Assembly: GCA_017460045.1 (NCBI GenBank)
Contig: JAFUBU010000056.1
Coordinates: 1 to 46,245, forward strand
From: Candidatus Saccharimonadota bacterium
GTDB lineage: Bacteria > Patescibacteriota > Saccharimonadia > Saccharimonadales > Saccharimonadaceae
Reading direction: 5' to 3'
DNA length: 46,245 bases
A program made the position numbers and the translations under genes. Below, one piece after another: positions 1 to 9,251 of the stretch. Under the pieces are notes generated by a model. That model was not told the origin of the DNA, did no database searches, and worked only from the letters and a program-made list of their open reading frames with translations. Each line of letters begins with the position of its first letter. Within the stretch, counting starts at the first letter, position 1.

Positions 1-120
1 CGAAAAGTTTAGGCGGCAGCCGTTTACTCCGGCCATAATCAAATCTTCGATTTTCTCCTTCGAGAAGGTCGCCGGACCGATAGTTGCTAGAATCTTGGTG
101 CGTTTGAATAGTTTGCTCAT
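1..120 (-). CDS. pyk: Pyruvate kinase, N-terminal part (continues beyond the window start)
   Basis: Manual translation from ATG at 120 gives MSKLFKRTKILATIGPATFSKEKIEDLIMAGVNGCRLNFS, with the pyruvate kinase motifs RTKI(V/L)ATIGPA and G.N..RLNFS. TGCTATAAT lies 6 nt upstream. Confidence 0.93.
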   Translation of the reverse strand, partial: MSKLFKRTKILATIGPATFSKEKIEDLIMAGVNGCRLNFS

Positions 121-166
121 ATAAATATTATAGCATATATCTGCCATAATATTTGCCAGCTGGAAG

Positions 167-189
167 GAGGTTTTGCTACGCAAAACCTC
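167..189. terminator. Hairpin downstream of tRNA-Arg, possible terminator
   Basis: Perfect 10-bp stem GAGGTTTTGC-tac-GCAAAACCTC; a second small hairpin GCCGCA-tc-TGCGGC is at about 212-225. Confidence 0.45.
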
Positions 190-240
190 ACTTTTCTGCA
201 ATAAGAAAAATGCCGCATCTGCGGCTTTCAATTCGGATTG

Positions 241-315
241 TGGCATCGCCAGCTGGAATCGAACCAGCATTGTATCCTTAGAGGGGATATGTCCTATCCG
301 TTGAACGATGGCGAC
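241..315 (-). tRNA. tRNA-Arg(TCT)
   Basis: The reverse complement folds as a cloverleaf: acceptor GTCGCCA/TGGCGAT, D-loop AACGGATA, anticodon arm TATCC-CCTCTAA-GGATA, T-arm GCTGG-TTCGATT-CCAGC, encoded CCA. Confidence 0.92.
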
Positions 316-364
316 AGAGATGAAACGCCGACGACTAGCGTGGCGCTTCTTATATTATACCACA

Positions 365-1090
365 TTATTTCTTTTTACGCTTGGGTTTCTTGTTGCTTTG
401 GTGGGCGGAAACTTTGGCAAAAACCATCCGGCCGGCAGAAGTCTGGATATACCGCAAGATATCGACGTCGATTTCGGTATTGACGCGGGTAGCGGCGTTT
501 TCGACGATAACCATCGTACCGTCCTGGAGATGGCCGACACCCTGGCTCTGGTTGTTGCCCGTCCCAGTAACCTTGACACGGACGCGCTCGCCGGGGAGAT
601 ACTGGTTTTTCATAACAAGAGCGAGCTCGTTAATATTGAGAACCGTCACACCCTCGGTCGTGGCGACCTTGTTTAAGTTATAATCGGTCGTACAGATATA
701 GCCGTCGGTCTTTTTGGCGAGCTCAATTAGGCGGTCGTCGACGTAGTCGCCTTTACCGAGGGCGTCTTGGTAAATCGAGACTTTTAGATCGTCGACGTTT
801 TGGAGCTCGCTCGCGACGTCGAGACCGAAGCGCGCGCGGTTTCGGCGGTCGTTATCCTTGCCGTCGGCGAGAAGCTGGAGCTCGCGGAGGACGCTCCGCG
901 AAATCACGAGCTCATGGCCGAGGAAGTGGGTCTTGGCGACGTTCAAAATCCGACCATCCATCAAAGCCGAGGTATCAATAAAAACCTTACGGCGGCTCCG
1001 GCGAGCGAAGTTTTTGAAACTATGCTCGACGAGAATAAAGGTCGTTTCGAGGAATACTAAAATTAGAACTGCTAAAATCACAACTTCCAT
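365..1090 (-). CDS. PIN/TRAM domain membrane protein (YacL-like)
   Basis: N-terminal TM helix, PIN motifs IDTSALMDGRI and TTDYNLNKVA, and a C-terminal TRAM segment QGVGHLQDGTMVIVE...QTSAGRMVFA. Confidence 0.88.
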   Translation of the reverse strand: MEVVILAVLILVFLETTFILVEHSFKNFARRSRRKVFIDTSALMDGRILNVAKTHFLGHELVISRSVLRELQLLADGKDNDRRNRARFGLDVASELQNVDDLKVSIYQDALGKGDYVDDRLIELAKKTDGYICTTDYNLNKVATTEGVTVLNINELALVMKNQYLPGERVRVKVTGTGNNQSQGVGHLQDGTMVIVENAATRVNTEIDVDILRYIQTSAGRMVFAKVSAHQSNKKPKRKKK

Positions 1091-1125
1091 ACTTATTCTA
1101 TTCTATCATATTTTTAGATTTTAGT

Positions 1126-3891
1126 CTATTTAACTTCGACCTGGGCGGAGTTTTCGTAGTCATTTTCATCAGTAACGACGACTTTGATAATCTTCTCGGA
1201 GCCGGTCGTAGTATAGCCAGGGTCGAAAGAGGTCGACATAATATTACCGCTCTTGACGACCTTACCGTCGACGATAAGCTGGTAGCTCTTAAGATTCCCT
1301 GTACCCTTAGTCACGGTCACTTTTACGGTCGCGCCGACGACGCCGGAAGTCGTAGTCTCCTCTTTTTTATCGTCCTCATCATCGTCTTTGTCGCCATCTT
1401 TATCGGTCGTAGTCTTTTTAACTAACTCAATCGTTACTTTCGGTCCGGTATAACCCTCGGTACAATCGTCCTTTTCTTCGCGGTTGTAGTCGTCCGGGAC
1501 GTACCAAACTTCCTGTTTAGTCATCGGGTCGATCGTCACAGTCGCCTCGATCGTAACCTTCAAATTCGCCGGGGTACAATCGGTCGCGAGCTTTTTGTTG
1601 AGTTTGTTAAAGGTAAGATTACGGGTCGAGACGCCGGAGCTACTCGTACCGTACCAGCTCGGCCAAATGTCGGTCGTACCGCCGACGGTCAAAGTCTGAA
1701 TCCCGGCGGGGCGAACCGGCTCTTGGTTGGTAGTCCAACGGCCTTCGGGGGCGTAAATGTCGAAGTGGACCGGACGCATATAGGAGTCGATAACGCGGCG
1801 GACGACGTAGTTGGTAGCGGCGCCAAGGGCGGAGCCGTCGTGGTTTCCGTTCCAGACGACCGTCGCGACAGCCGGCGTATAGGAGACCATCCAGGAATCC
1901 TTAGCTTGAGTCGAGACGGCGGTAGTCGTAGTACCGGTCTTGGAGGCGCTCCAAATACCGTTCATGTAGAAGCCGTAGTCGCGAGCCTGAGAACCGAAGG
2001 TAATCGAGCGAGCGTCCGGATCGGAGAGGATATTAGAAATCATATAGGCAACCTGCTCGTCGACGACGCGCTCGCCGGCGGTATCTTCCCATTGTTCGAT
2101 AATGTCGCCGGCGGAATTTTTTACTTCAAGGACGTAGGCGAGCGGCTTGGCGACACCGCCGCGGGCAATCGAAGCGTAAGCGTTGGCGTGCTCGACCGGA
2201 ACAACGGTACAACCGGAGCCGATTGCCATCGAAAGGCCGGCGTTTTCGTTGTCGGCACAATAATGCTCGTCGCCGAGGGCGTGGGCAATCTCGAGCGAGT
2301 TGTCGATACCGTTAATATAGAGAGCCTTAACCGCGGGAATGTTTAGAGAGTTACCAAGAGATTTACGGATAGTAATATTCCCATAGAAAGCGCCGGAAGC
2401 GTTGCGGAGGGCGCAGGAGCCGCTATAGCCCGCACAGTAAAGCGAGTCGATATTCTCGTCGCGAAGGACCGAACCCGGGCCGTAATTTATATCGGCGCGC
2501 TGCATAAAGAGCGGAGCGTAGTCGAGAATCGGCTTAATCGAGGAGCCCGGCTCGAGCGGAGAAGTCGCGGCGTTAACCTGGCCGTAGACCGGAGCGTTCC
2601 AATCGGCGGAGCCGACCATAGCGATAACCTGGGAAGTCTCGACGTCGACCGAGGAAAGGGAAATATTATCCGAGGCGTTGGTATAAAATAGCGCGGCGCC
2701 GTCGGCAACGGCTTGTTCGGCCATCTGTTGCGCGCGGTAATCGAGAGTAGTCTTAATCGTAAAGCCGCCCGAACGCATGGTCTTGACGCCGTATTTATCT
2801 TCGAGGTAGCTTTTAACGGCGAGGACGAAATGAGGGGCTTTCATGTTGCTGTATTGTTCCTGTTCCGGCTGAATCTGGTCGAGAATCGGGACAGCCTTGG
2901 CCTCATCGCGTTGGGTCTCGGTAATAAAACCAAGCTCAGCCATTACGTCGAGGGTATATTGTTGGCGCCAGATAAGCTGTTCGTGGCCGTATTCGTTGTA
3001 AGGGTTGAAGAGAGCAGGATTCTGGGGGATAGCGGCGAGAAGAGCAGACTCGGCGAGGGTCAAATCTTTCGCGGACTTCCCGAAGTAAGTCTGGGCCGCG
3101 GACTCAACACCGTTTCGACGGCCGCCGTAAGGAGACTCGTTTAAGTACATGCTAATAATCTGCTCCTTGTCGTACATTTTTTCGACTTCGAGCGCGAGGA
3201 TAGCTTCCTTAATCTTTCTCGGGATACCGGTCAAGCCGCGGTCGCCAGACTCGTCGGAGAAATAGACCTGTTTAATTAGCTGTTGCGTCAAGGTCGAGCC
3301 GCCTTGGACGCTTTTACCGGAGAGAGTCGAGAAGGCCGCGCGGACGAGCGAGAAGAGATCGACGCCGTTGTGGTTGTAGAAGTTACGGTCCTCAATCGCG
3401 ACGGTCGCTTGGCGCATATAGGTCGAGATTTCGCTCCCATCGACGACAAGACGATAGTCGCCGTCGCCGCGGTCTTCCCAGAGGATTTCGCCGTTGCGGT
3501 CGAGGTAGGTATTGACGGTTTCGGAGACCTTGAGCTCGTCGAGGCGAATCGCCTCGAGGTCCTTCTTGTAGTAGAGGAAGAGGCCGCCGACGGCAATAAT
3601 ACCGAGAAGGATACAAGCGGCGATAAACTTACCGATTTTCTTTAAACCGTTCCAGGAGAACCAATAGTGGAAAACTCGCTTGGGATGGAGATGGGCAAAA
3701 AAGCGCTTGACCGGGGTCTTCGGAAGAGTCGCTAGGTCCTCGGCTTTTTTACGAGCCTTCTGGTCCTTTTTAACCTTCGACTTATACATTAGACTCGTAT
3801 AGGTAGATTTACTCTTGGTTTTGCGCGCAAAGCGACTACGCTTTGGCGCAGATTTTTTCCCACTCTTATTTTCGCTCATAGCTTTCTCCAT
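1126..3891 (-). CDS. Class A penicillin-binding protein (transglycosylase/transpeptidase)
   Basis: Transglycosylase motifs EDRNFYNHNG, QGGSTLTQQL and RKIKE; transpeptidase motifs SSIK (SxxK), SLN and KTG; basic N-terminus followed by one TM helix. Confidence 0.95.
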   Translation of the reverse strand: MEKAMSENKSGKKSAPKRSRFARKTKSKSTYTSLMYKSKVKKDQKARKKAEDLATLPKTPVKRFFAHLHPKRVFHYWFSWNGLKKIGKFIAACILLGIIAVGGLFLYYKKDLEAIRLDELKVSETVNTYLDRNGEILWEDRGDGDYRLVVDGSEISTYMRQATVAIEDRNFYNHNGVDLFSLVRAAFSTLSGKSVQGGSTLTQQLIKQVYFSDESGDRGLTGIPRKIKEAILALEVEKMYDKEQIISMYLNESPYGGRRNGVESAAQTYFGKSAKDLTLAESALLAAIPQNPALFNPYNEYGHEQLIWRQQYTLDVMAELGFITETQRDEAKAVPILDQIQPEQEQYSNMKAPHFVLAVKSYLEDKYGVKTMRSGGFTIKTTLDYRAQQMAEQAVADGAALFYTNASDNISLSSVDVETSQVIAMVGSADWNAPVYGQVNAATSPLEPGSSIKPILDYAPLFMQRADINYGPGSVLRDENIDSLYCAGYSGSCALRNASGAFYGNITIRKSLGNSLNIPAVKALYINGIDNSLEIAHALGDEHYCADNENAGLSMAIGSGCTVVPVEHANAYASIARGGVAKPLAYVLEVKNSAGDIIEQWEDTAGERVVDEQVAYMISNILSDPDARSITFGSQARDYGFYMNGIWSASKTGTTTTAVSTQAKDSWMVSYTPAVATVVWNGNHDGSALGAATNYVVRRVIDSYMRPVHFDIYAPEGRWTTNQEPVRPAGIQTLTVGGTTDIWPSWYGTSSSGVSTRNLTFNKLNKKLATDCTPANLKVTIEATVTIDPMTKQEVWYVPDDYNREEKDDCTEGYTGPKVTIELVKKTTTDKDGDKDDDEDDKKEETTTSGVVGATVKVTVTKGTGNLKSYQLIVDGKVVKSGNIMSTSFDPGYTTTGSEKIIKVVVTDENDYENSAQVEVK

Positions 3892-3915
3892 AAACTTATA
3901 CTATTATATCACAGT

Positions 3916-4407
3916 TTACGACTCGCAGGCTAATTTTATGTCAAAATGGTAATCTTGTTTCCCGTACGGGGGGTCGGGGTAGTATTTAACGTAAGTCTCA
4001 TTGCGATTGCAATTCTCGAAATAGCCGGCCGCGGCTTTTCTCCGGCCAGAATCATAGAGGAGGAGTTGGCGAAGGTAGGTATTAGTAACGCCAACTTCTC
4101 GGTAATTTTTAAGCTCTTTGGCAACCTCGTCGCCAGTCCGGTCGCCGACTAATCTCTCGTAGAGATAGTCTTCGTAATATTCTTCGGCCAGGGCGGAGAG
4201 CTCACGTTCGACAGACGTCTTGGGGTTGAAATAAGCGCTAGCGACGGCGTTGACGACGACGAGAGAGATACAGATAATGACGCAGACGACAACCGTTCGC
4301 TTGACTAGCGGAGCGCGGGACTTAAAAGTCGAGAAAGACTTCCCCGGTAGGTTTTTAGGGATTTGGATAGTTTGTTCGTCGAGTTGGTCGACCGCGGATA
4401 AATCCAT
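3916..4407 (-). CDS. Hypothetical single-pass membrane protein
   Basis: 163-aa ORF with one hydrophobic helix; TGATATAAT 6 nt upstream of the ATG. Confidence 0.75.
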   Translation of the reverse strand: MDLSAVDQLDEQTIQIPKNLPGKSFSTFKSRAPLVKRTVVVCVIICISLVVVNAVASAYFNPKTSVERELSALAEEYYEDYLYERLVGDRTGDEVAKELKNYREVGVTNTYLRQLLLYDSGRRKAAAGYFENCNRNETYVKYYPDPPYGKQDYHFDIKLACES

Positions 4408-4444
4408 ATGTTTATTATATCACAGTTATGGTATAATGGTTATT

Positions 4445-5473
4445 ATGGACGGGTCGGGCAAAACTTACGTAGCAAAACGAATTCGCGCGGCGGATTATCT
4501 TGCGGTAGCGCAGTTGTTTCTGCAGGATAATTTTCTGCTTGAGCGCGAACTTTCTTTTGACGATATAAAGCCACGGCTCTTGGGGCATTGGGGGACTTGC
4601 CATGGAATCGACGTCGCCTATGCGAATTTGAAGTATTTTTTCGACGCCCGCGGGAAGAAATGGGACTTTGTCCTCGGGCCAGGTCATGGTTTCCCGGCTT
4701 TGCAAGCGAATTTATTTATCGACGGAGTTTTATCAGAAGCGGACGAGAACTTACGCGGAAGTTTTTCTGAGAATTTGGCGTATCTTTGTCGACAGTTTTC
4801 TTGGCCCGGCGGCTACCCGTCTCATGCAAGCCCGCTTACGCCGGGGGTAATTTGTGAAGGAGGCGAGCTCGGCTACGCGCTCGGGGCGGCCTACGGCTCG
4901 GCGCTCGGTCATCCGGAGAAAACGATTGCAGTTCTCCTCGGCGACGGCGAGTTCGAGACGGCGACCTGTCTTTCGTCTCTAAATTTTGTAAAATTATTTA
5001 CTTCGCGACACAACGGCGCGGTACTGCCGATTTTACATTTGAACAGCTATAAAATTTCCGGGCCGACAATCTCGGGGCGAAAATCGGAACGAGAATTATT
5101 CGAGCAAATTCGCGGGTTTGGCTACTTCCCAATTATGACAGACGAGGACTTCGGTTCGTTTGAGTTTGCTCTAAGGCTATTCGAAATCTTTTATGCTAAA
5201 ATTCATAATCCTAGTGCTAAAATTGAATACGCTTATGGTATTTCTAAAAACGCTTATGCTAATAAGCCGCCGTTTTTAATTTTGAAAACCGAAAAAGGCG
5301 CCGGCGGGCCGAAATACGTCAAAGGTAAGAAAGTCGCTGGAAATTATCTTGCGCATCAGATACCTTTACCGGAGGCGAAAAACGACCCGGAGGAGTTAAA
5401 GGCGCTGGAAGAATGGCTAAAGTCGTACCGATTTAATGAGCTAGTCGACGCGGAGAAAGGATTTTTACTATGA
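4445..5473 (+). CDS. Phosphoketolase (XFP family), N-terminal TPP-binding half
   Basis: XFP motifs KPRLLGHWGT, GPGHG, FSWPGGYPSH, EGGELGY, GDGEFET, LPILHLNSYKISGPT and HQIP. Start moved from 4250 to ATG 4445, 7 nt after TGGTATAAT; the longer frame overlaps the divergent gene. Confidence 0.9.
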   Translation: MDGSGKTYVAKRIRAADYLAVAQLFLQDNFLLERELSFDDIKPRLLGHWGTCHGIDVAYANLKYFFDARGKKWDFVLGPGHGFPALQANLFIDGVLSEADENLRGSFSENLAYLCRQFSWPGGYPSHASPLTPGVICEGGELGYALGAAYGSALGHPEKTIAVLLGDGEFETATCLSSLNFVKLFTSRHNGAVLPILHLNSYKISGPTISGRKSERELFEQIRGFGYFPIMTDEDFGSFEFALRLFEIFYAKIHNPSAKIEYAYGISKNAYANKPPFLILKTEKGAGGPKYVKGKKVAGNYLAHQIPLPEAKNDPEELKALEEWLKSYRFNELVDAEKGFLL

Positions 5474-6693
5474 GATATTTAGACGCAGAGCCAAATTCGA
5501 TTGCAGAGCCTGGAGCAGAGCGGGCGTCGTCGGCCAAGAAATTCGGGGAGCTAATTACCCGCGAGATGAAGCGCGACCGACATCTTTACCTTTTCTCGCC
5601 AGATGAGACGACAAGCAATAAACTCGACGAGACATACGAGATAACGGAACGGGCCTGGAGTTTGCCGATTCAGACTTGGGACTTGCCGGAGTCGGAGAGG
5701 GGGAGAATCGTTGAATTATTGTCGGAAAATTCCCTGTTTGCGGCGCAGGTCGGACACACGCTCGGAAATAAGGAGCGAAGCTTTATGACGAGCTACGAAG
5801 CGTTCTTTCAAATTATTTCGTCGCAAATTTTACAACATCTGAAGTTTCTGAAACAGGTTTCTGAAGCTTCGTGGCGAAAAGAGCCGGACGGCTCGCCGGA
5901 GAAGTTCCCGGCGGTTAACCTGCTCTCAACTAGTACTTGTTGGCGACAAGACCACAACGGTTTTTCACACCAATCGCCGGCGCTGATTTCGACTTTGTTG
6001 TCCGTCCCGAGCGCGAGGGTAAATTGTCTATTCCCGGTCGACGACGTCGCGGCGACGGCGAGCTTTGACTATATGCTCTCGTCTTGCAACGTCGTAAATC
6101 TTACAACGTTCAATAAGACCGACGAGCCGCGATGGATAGATAAAAACCACGCGCGATTCCAGCTTGAAAACGGCGGAGCGAGTATTCTCGGGTTCGCATC
6201 AAACTGCGGCGAGGACGAGACGGCGGACTATGTATTAGTCGGGGCGGGAGACATTACGACCCGCGAGGTAATTTATGCGGCGCGGATTTTGAACGAGGAT
6301 TTGCCCTGGCTAAAAATCCGGGTCGTAAATATCGCCGCACTATCGTACAAGGCGATTGGGACGACGACCGCGCGGCTCGACATTCCAACGTTCGAACGTT
6401 ACTTCGGGAAACACGCGGCGATTATCGCGAACTTTCATGGCTACCCAGAGACTCTGAAAAATATTTTGTCGCAATACGCCGACCCAATTCGAGTCCGGGC
6501 GCATGGATTCGAAGAGCAAGGTTCGACAACGACGCCGTTTGAGATGCTATCGCTAAATCGCGCCTCGAGATATGATTTGGCGCTCGATGTAGCGAGAGAC
6601 CTCGGGCGAGAGGACTTGGTAGCGAAATATGAAAATATTTTGTCTCTAAACCGCCAACACGCGCGGGAGCTCGGGACGGATATGATTTCTTGA
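5470..6693 (+). CDS. Phosphoketolase (XFP family), C-terminal half
   Basis: Motifs FSPDETTSNKL, ELLSEN, SYEAF, WRQDHNGFSHQ, NFHGYP and EQGSTTTPFEM; ATGA overlap with the upstream half. Confidence 0.9.
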   Translation: MRYLDAEPNSIAEPGAERASSAKKFGELITREMKRDRHLYLFSPDETTSNKLDETYEITERAWSLPIQTWDLPESERGRIVELLSENSLFAAQVGHTLGNKERSFMTSYEAFFQIISSQILQHLKFLKQVSEASWRKEPDGSPEKFPAVNLLSTSTCWRQDHNGFSHQSPALISTLLSVPSARVNCLFPVDDVAATASFDYMLSSCNVVNLTTFNKTDEPRWIDKNHARFQLENGGASILGFASNCGEDETADYVLVGAGDITTREVIYAARILNEDLPWLKIRVVNIAALSYKAIGTTTARLDIPTFERYFGKHAAIIANFHGYPETLKNILSQYADPIRVRAHGFEEQGSTTTPFEMLSLNRASRYDLALDVARDLGREDLVAKYENILSLNRQHARELGTDMIS

Positions 6694-6695
6694 GC

Positions 6696-7439
6696 TTATT
6701 TCTTGAGTCGATAGTAAATCGAAGGGGCGAAACGGACGGGGGCGAGGGCTTTTTGGGCGCCGCGCTCGAGGGCCATTAGTCCCTTTTTACCGAAAACTTT
6801 CTTGAGCTTCTTGGAGCGGAAATTCGAAACCGAGCGAACTTTTTCGATTTTGAAGCCGGCTTTTTTGAAAATGTTTTCGATATATTTAGGGTGGTAATTG
6901 TAGAAAACGGTTTTGGTCACGTCCTTGCGATTTTCGATCGAAAGGTCGAAGGGGTTTACGTCGGATTTTCCGCGCCAATAGCGGACCATCCGCGGGAGAG
7001 TCTTTTTGTTGGCGACCTCAATAACCGCGACGCCGCCCGGCTCGAGGATACGGTAGATTTCGGCGACAACCTTCTCGACGTCCTCGAAATGGTGCGTCGC
7101 GCGGACCATAATCGCAGCGCTAAACTCGCCGTCTTTGAACGGCATATGGTAAGCGTCGCCAGCCTTAGTATTCAAGCGATCGCCGTAGATTTCTTTGGCC
7201 TGTTTTAGCTCGGTCTTAGAGTAGTCGAAGAGGGTCGATTTTTTCGCGCGGTCTAGGTACATCGGGGCGAGCCGACCGTAGCCGCCGGCGATATCGACGA
7301 TACTGTCGATTTCCTTCGGAAGGAGTTTAGAAATCGCGAGCTTGTCCGCCGCGTCCTCATATTCGCGCCCGGAATTTTTCCAGAACTTTTCATAGTCGTA
7401 GCCGTTGTAATCAATGACAATGGGATTCTCTTTACTCAT
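6696..7439 (-). CDS. Class I SAM-dependent methyltransferase
   Basis: Motif I VDIAGGYGR, plus GDAYHMPFKDGEF and RILEPGG. Confidence 0.88.
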   Translation of the reverse strand: MSKENPIVIDYNGYDYEKFWKNSGREYEDAADKLAISKLLPKEIDSIVDIAGGYGRLAPMYLDRAKKSTLFDYSKTELKQAKEIYGDRLNTKAGDAYHMPFKDGEFSAAIMVRATHHFEDVEKVVAEIYRILEPGGVAVIEVANKKTLPRMVRYWRGKSDVNPFDLSIENRKDVTKTVFYNYHPKYIENIFKKAGFKIEKVRSVSNFRSKKLKKVFGKKGLMALERGAQKALAPVRFAPSIYYRLKK

Positions 7440-7463
7440 ATCGTATATTATATCACGATTTAA

Positions 7464-8675
7464 CTATTTTAAGTCGTTTAGGAGAAAATCTGGGAGGAAT
7501 TTTTGCTCGATACCTTGATGCTCCTCGGCCCAATCGTCGTCTAGAGTTAGAACATACTTCGGGTAATTATCCTCAATTCCGTCGAAGGCGCCGAATTCGC
7601 GCTCGGAAGTAGAACGCGAGTCGAGATGGGCGGCGACTTGAAGGTAGATACGTTTATGGTCTTTCTCGGCGACGAAATCGATTTCCTTCTCGCCGTTTTT
7701 GCCGATCCCGACCGTATAGCCCTTGGCGATTAGCTCATGGTAAACGACATTTTCTAGTACGCCAGAAAGATAAGTCTCGCTGCGACCGTTAAGCGCGTAG
7801 AGAAAAGCGATATCGCTAGCGTAGTATTTTTCTTGAGTCTTAAGTTGTTCTTTGCCACGGAGGTCGAGACGGCTAACCCGCTCGATAATGAGCGTCTCTT
7901 CGAGCCAGTTAAGATATTTATAAATAGTTTCTTGGCTCAAAGTCAGTTTCTCATTTTTAAGATAATTGCTAATCGAATTCGCCGACATCGTCGAGCCGAG
8001 GTTGTCTAGAACAAAGCGAATAACGCGGTTCAAAAGCTCGGTATTGCGAATCCCTTTGCGCTCGACCAGGTCGCGGTAGATAATGGAATTAACGATATCG
8101 GAGACTTCCTCGTCGTCTTGAGCCTGAGTCTGGTCGGTGAGGTGGATCGAAGGAAAGCCACCGCGAGAGAGGTAGTCCATAAACTCGTCTTTTGGCTCGC
8201 CGATTTTAGCGCCTCTGGCCTTCTTAAACTCGAGCGCCTCCTCGAAATTAAGAGTAGAGACCCGAATATCAACGTAGCGTCCAGTAAAGAAGGTCGAAAG
8301 CTCACTCGAAAGCATTTTGGAATTCGAACCAGTAATAAAAATATCTACGCCCTTTTCCGCGAAGAGGGCGCTAATCGCCTCGTCCCATTGTTCGACGTTT
8401 TGGACTTCGTCGAATAGGAAATATTTTACGCCGAGTTTCAAGAGATTTTTCTCGAGCTCGACTAGGTCTTTTTTGGTACGAACACCGGTATAGTCGATTG
8501 AATCAAAATTGATATAGGCGATTTTGTTGGCTTTGACGCCGCGAGATTTAAGGACTTCGATTAGCTGCTCAAGGAGGCTAGATTTTCCAGCGCGACGCAC
8601 CCCGGCTAGAACCTTGATAAAAGGTTTATCGATATATGATTCTAGCTTGTCTAGGTATAGCGGTCTTTTGATCAT
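7464..8675 (-). CDS. AAA+ ATPase of the AAA_14/DUF4143 type
   Basis: Walker A GVRRAGKS, Walker B FLFDEVQ, TGSNS, GGFP and C-terminal EIDFVAEK..YLQV; SD AGGAG upstream. Confidence 0.88.
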   Translation of the reverse strand: MIKRPLYLDKLESYIDKPFIKVLAGVRRAGKSSLLEQLIEVLKSRGVKANKIAYINFDSIDYTGVRTKKDLVELEKNLLKLGVKYFLFDEVQNVEQWDEAISALFAEKGVDIFITGSNSKMLSSELSTFFTGRYVDIRVSTLNFEEALEFKKARGAKIGEPKDEFMDYLSRGGFPSIHLTDQTQAQDDEEVSDIVNSIIYRDLVERKGIRNTELLNRVIRFVLDNLGSTMSANSISNYLKNEKLTLSQETIYKYLNWLEETLIIERVSRLDLRGKEQLKTQEKYYASDIAFLYALNGRSETYLSGVLENVVYHELIAKGYTVGIGKNGEKEIDFVAEKDHKRIYLQVAAHLDSRSTSEREFGAFDGIEDNYPKYVLTLDDDWAEEHQGIEQKFLPDFLLNDLK

Positions 8676-8693
8676 GGGCTCATCTCCTATTAG

Positions 8694-8754
8694 TTCCCTT
8701 CTATAGTAGCAAAAATTTTGAAAAATTGCAAGTTTTTACTTGCATAGAAGGGAA
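8694..8754 (-). promoter_or_regulatory. Sigma70-type promoter of the AAA ATPase gene with inverted repeats
   Basis: Minus strand TTGCAA (8726-8731)-17 bp-TACTAT (8703-8708). Inverted repeats TTCCCTTCTAT (8694-8704)/ATAGAAGGGAA (8744-8754) and TGCAAGT-tttt-ACTTGCA (8727-8744). Confidence 0.55.
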
Positions 8755-8807
8755 AATTGTGTTATCGAAATTTGCAGTAGCGATGCGATATTGCTATTTG
8801 AATTCGG

Positions 8808-9251
8808 CTAGACCGTTTTAACCTTGACCATGGCGGGGCGGAGAAGGTCACCGGCGTAGCGGTAGCCGGGGCGGAGGACTTCGTCGATAACTTCTTTATC
8901 GCCGTCGCCATCGGCCATCAAGACGGCTTCGTGGAGATCGGGGTCGAATTCGGAGCCGGGTAGGGCGGCGATTTTTTCGAGGCTAAGTTCTTTGGTCGTC
9001 TTTTCGAGCGATTTCTCAAGCGGCTTTAAGTCCGGGGTCGAAGCAATCGCGCGGTCGAGATCGTCGAGAAGCGGGAGCATCTTGCGAACAGTATCAAGCC
9101 TAGCAAGGTTAATAGCGCTCGCCTTTTGGGCGTCGATTTGTTTGCGATAATTTTCGAAGTCGGCGCGAGTACGTTGTAAATCGGCGGTTAGCTCGGCGAT
9201 TTTAGCGTCGCGCGGGTCGGGTCGACTTTGGTCTTGATGAACTTTTTTCAT
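8808..9251 (-). CDS. grpE: Nucleotide exchange factor GrpE
   Basis: Motifs RTRADFENYRK, LLDDLDRA, FDPDLHEAV and GYRYAGDLLRPAMVKV; overlaps the hrcA stop. Confidence 0.95.
   Translation of the reverse strand: MKKVHQDQSRPDPRDAKIAELTADLQRTRADFENYRKQIDAQKASAINLARLDTVRKMLPLLDDLDRAIASTPDLKPLEKSLEKTTKELSLEKIAALPGSEFDPDLHEAVLMADGDGDKEVIDEVLRPGYRYAGDLLRPAMVKVKTV

Noticed and set aside
273-289. Reading the tRNA loop as a CTA amber suppressor
   Set aside because: The 5-bp stem fixes a 7-nt loop with TCT at 34-36, the D-loop fits Arg, and TAG ends many genes here.
4250-4444. N-terminal extension of the phosphoketolase ORF from TTG 4250
   Set aside because: It overlaps the divergent gene and both -10 boxes; XFP-like sequence begins only after 4445.
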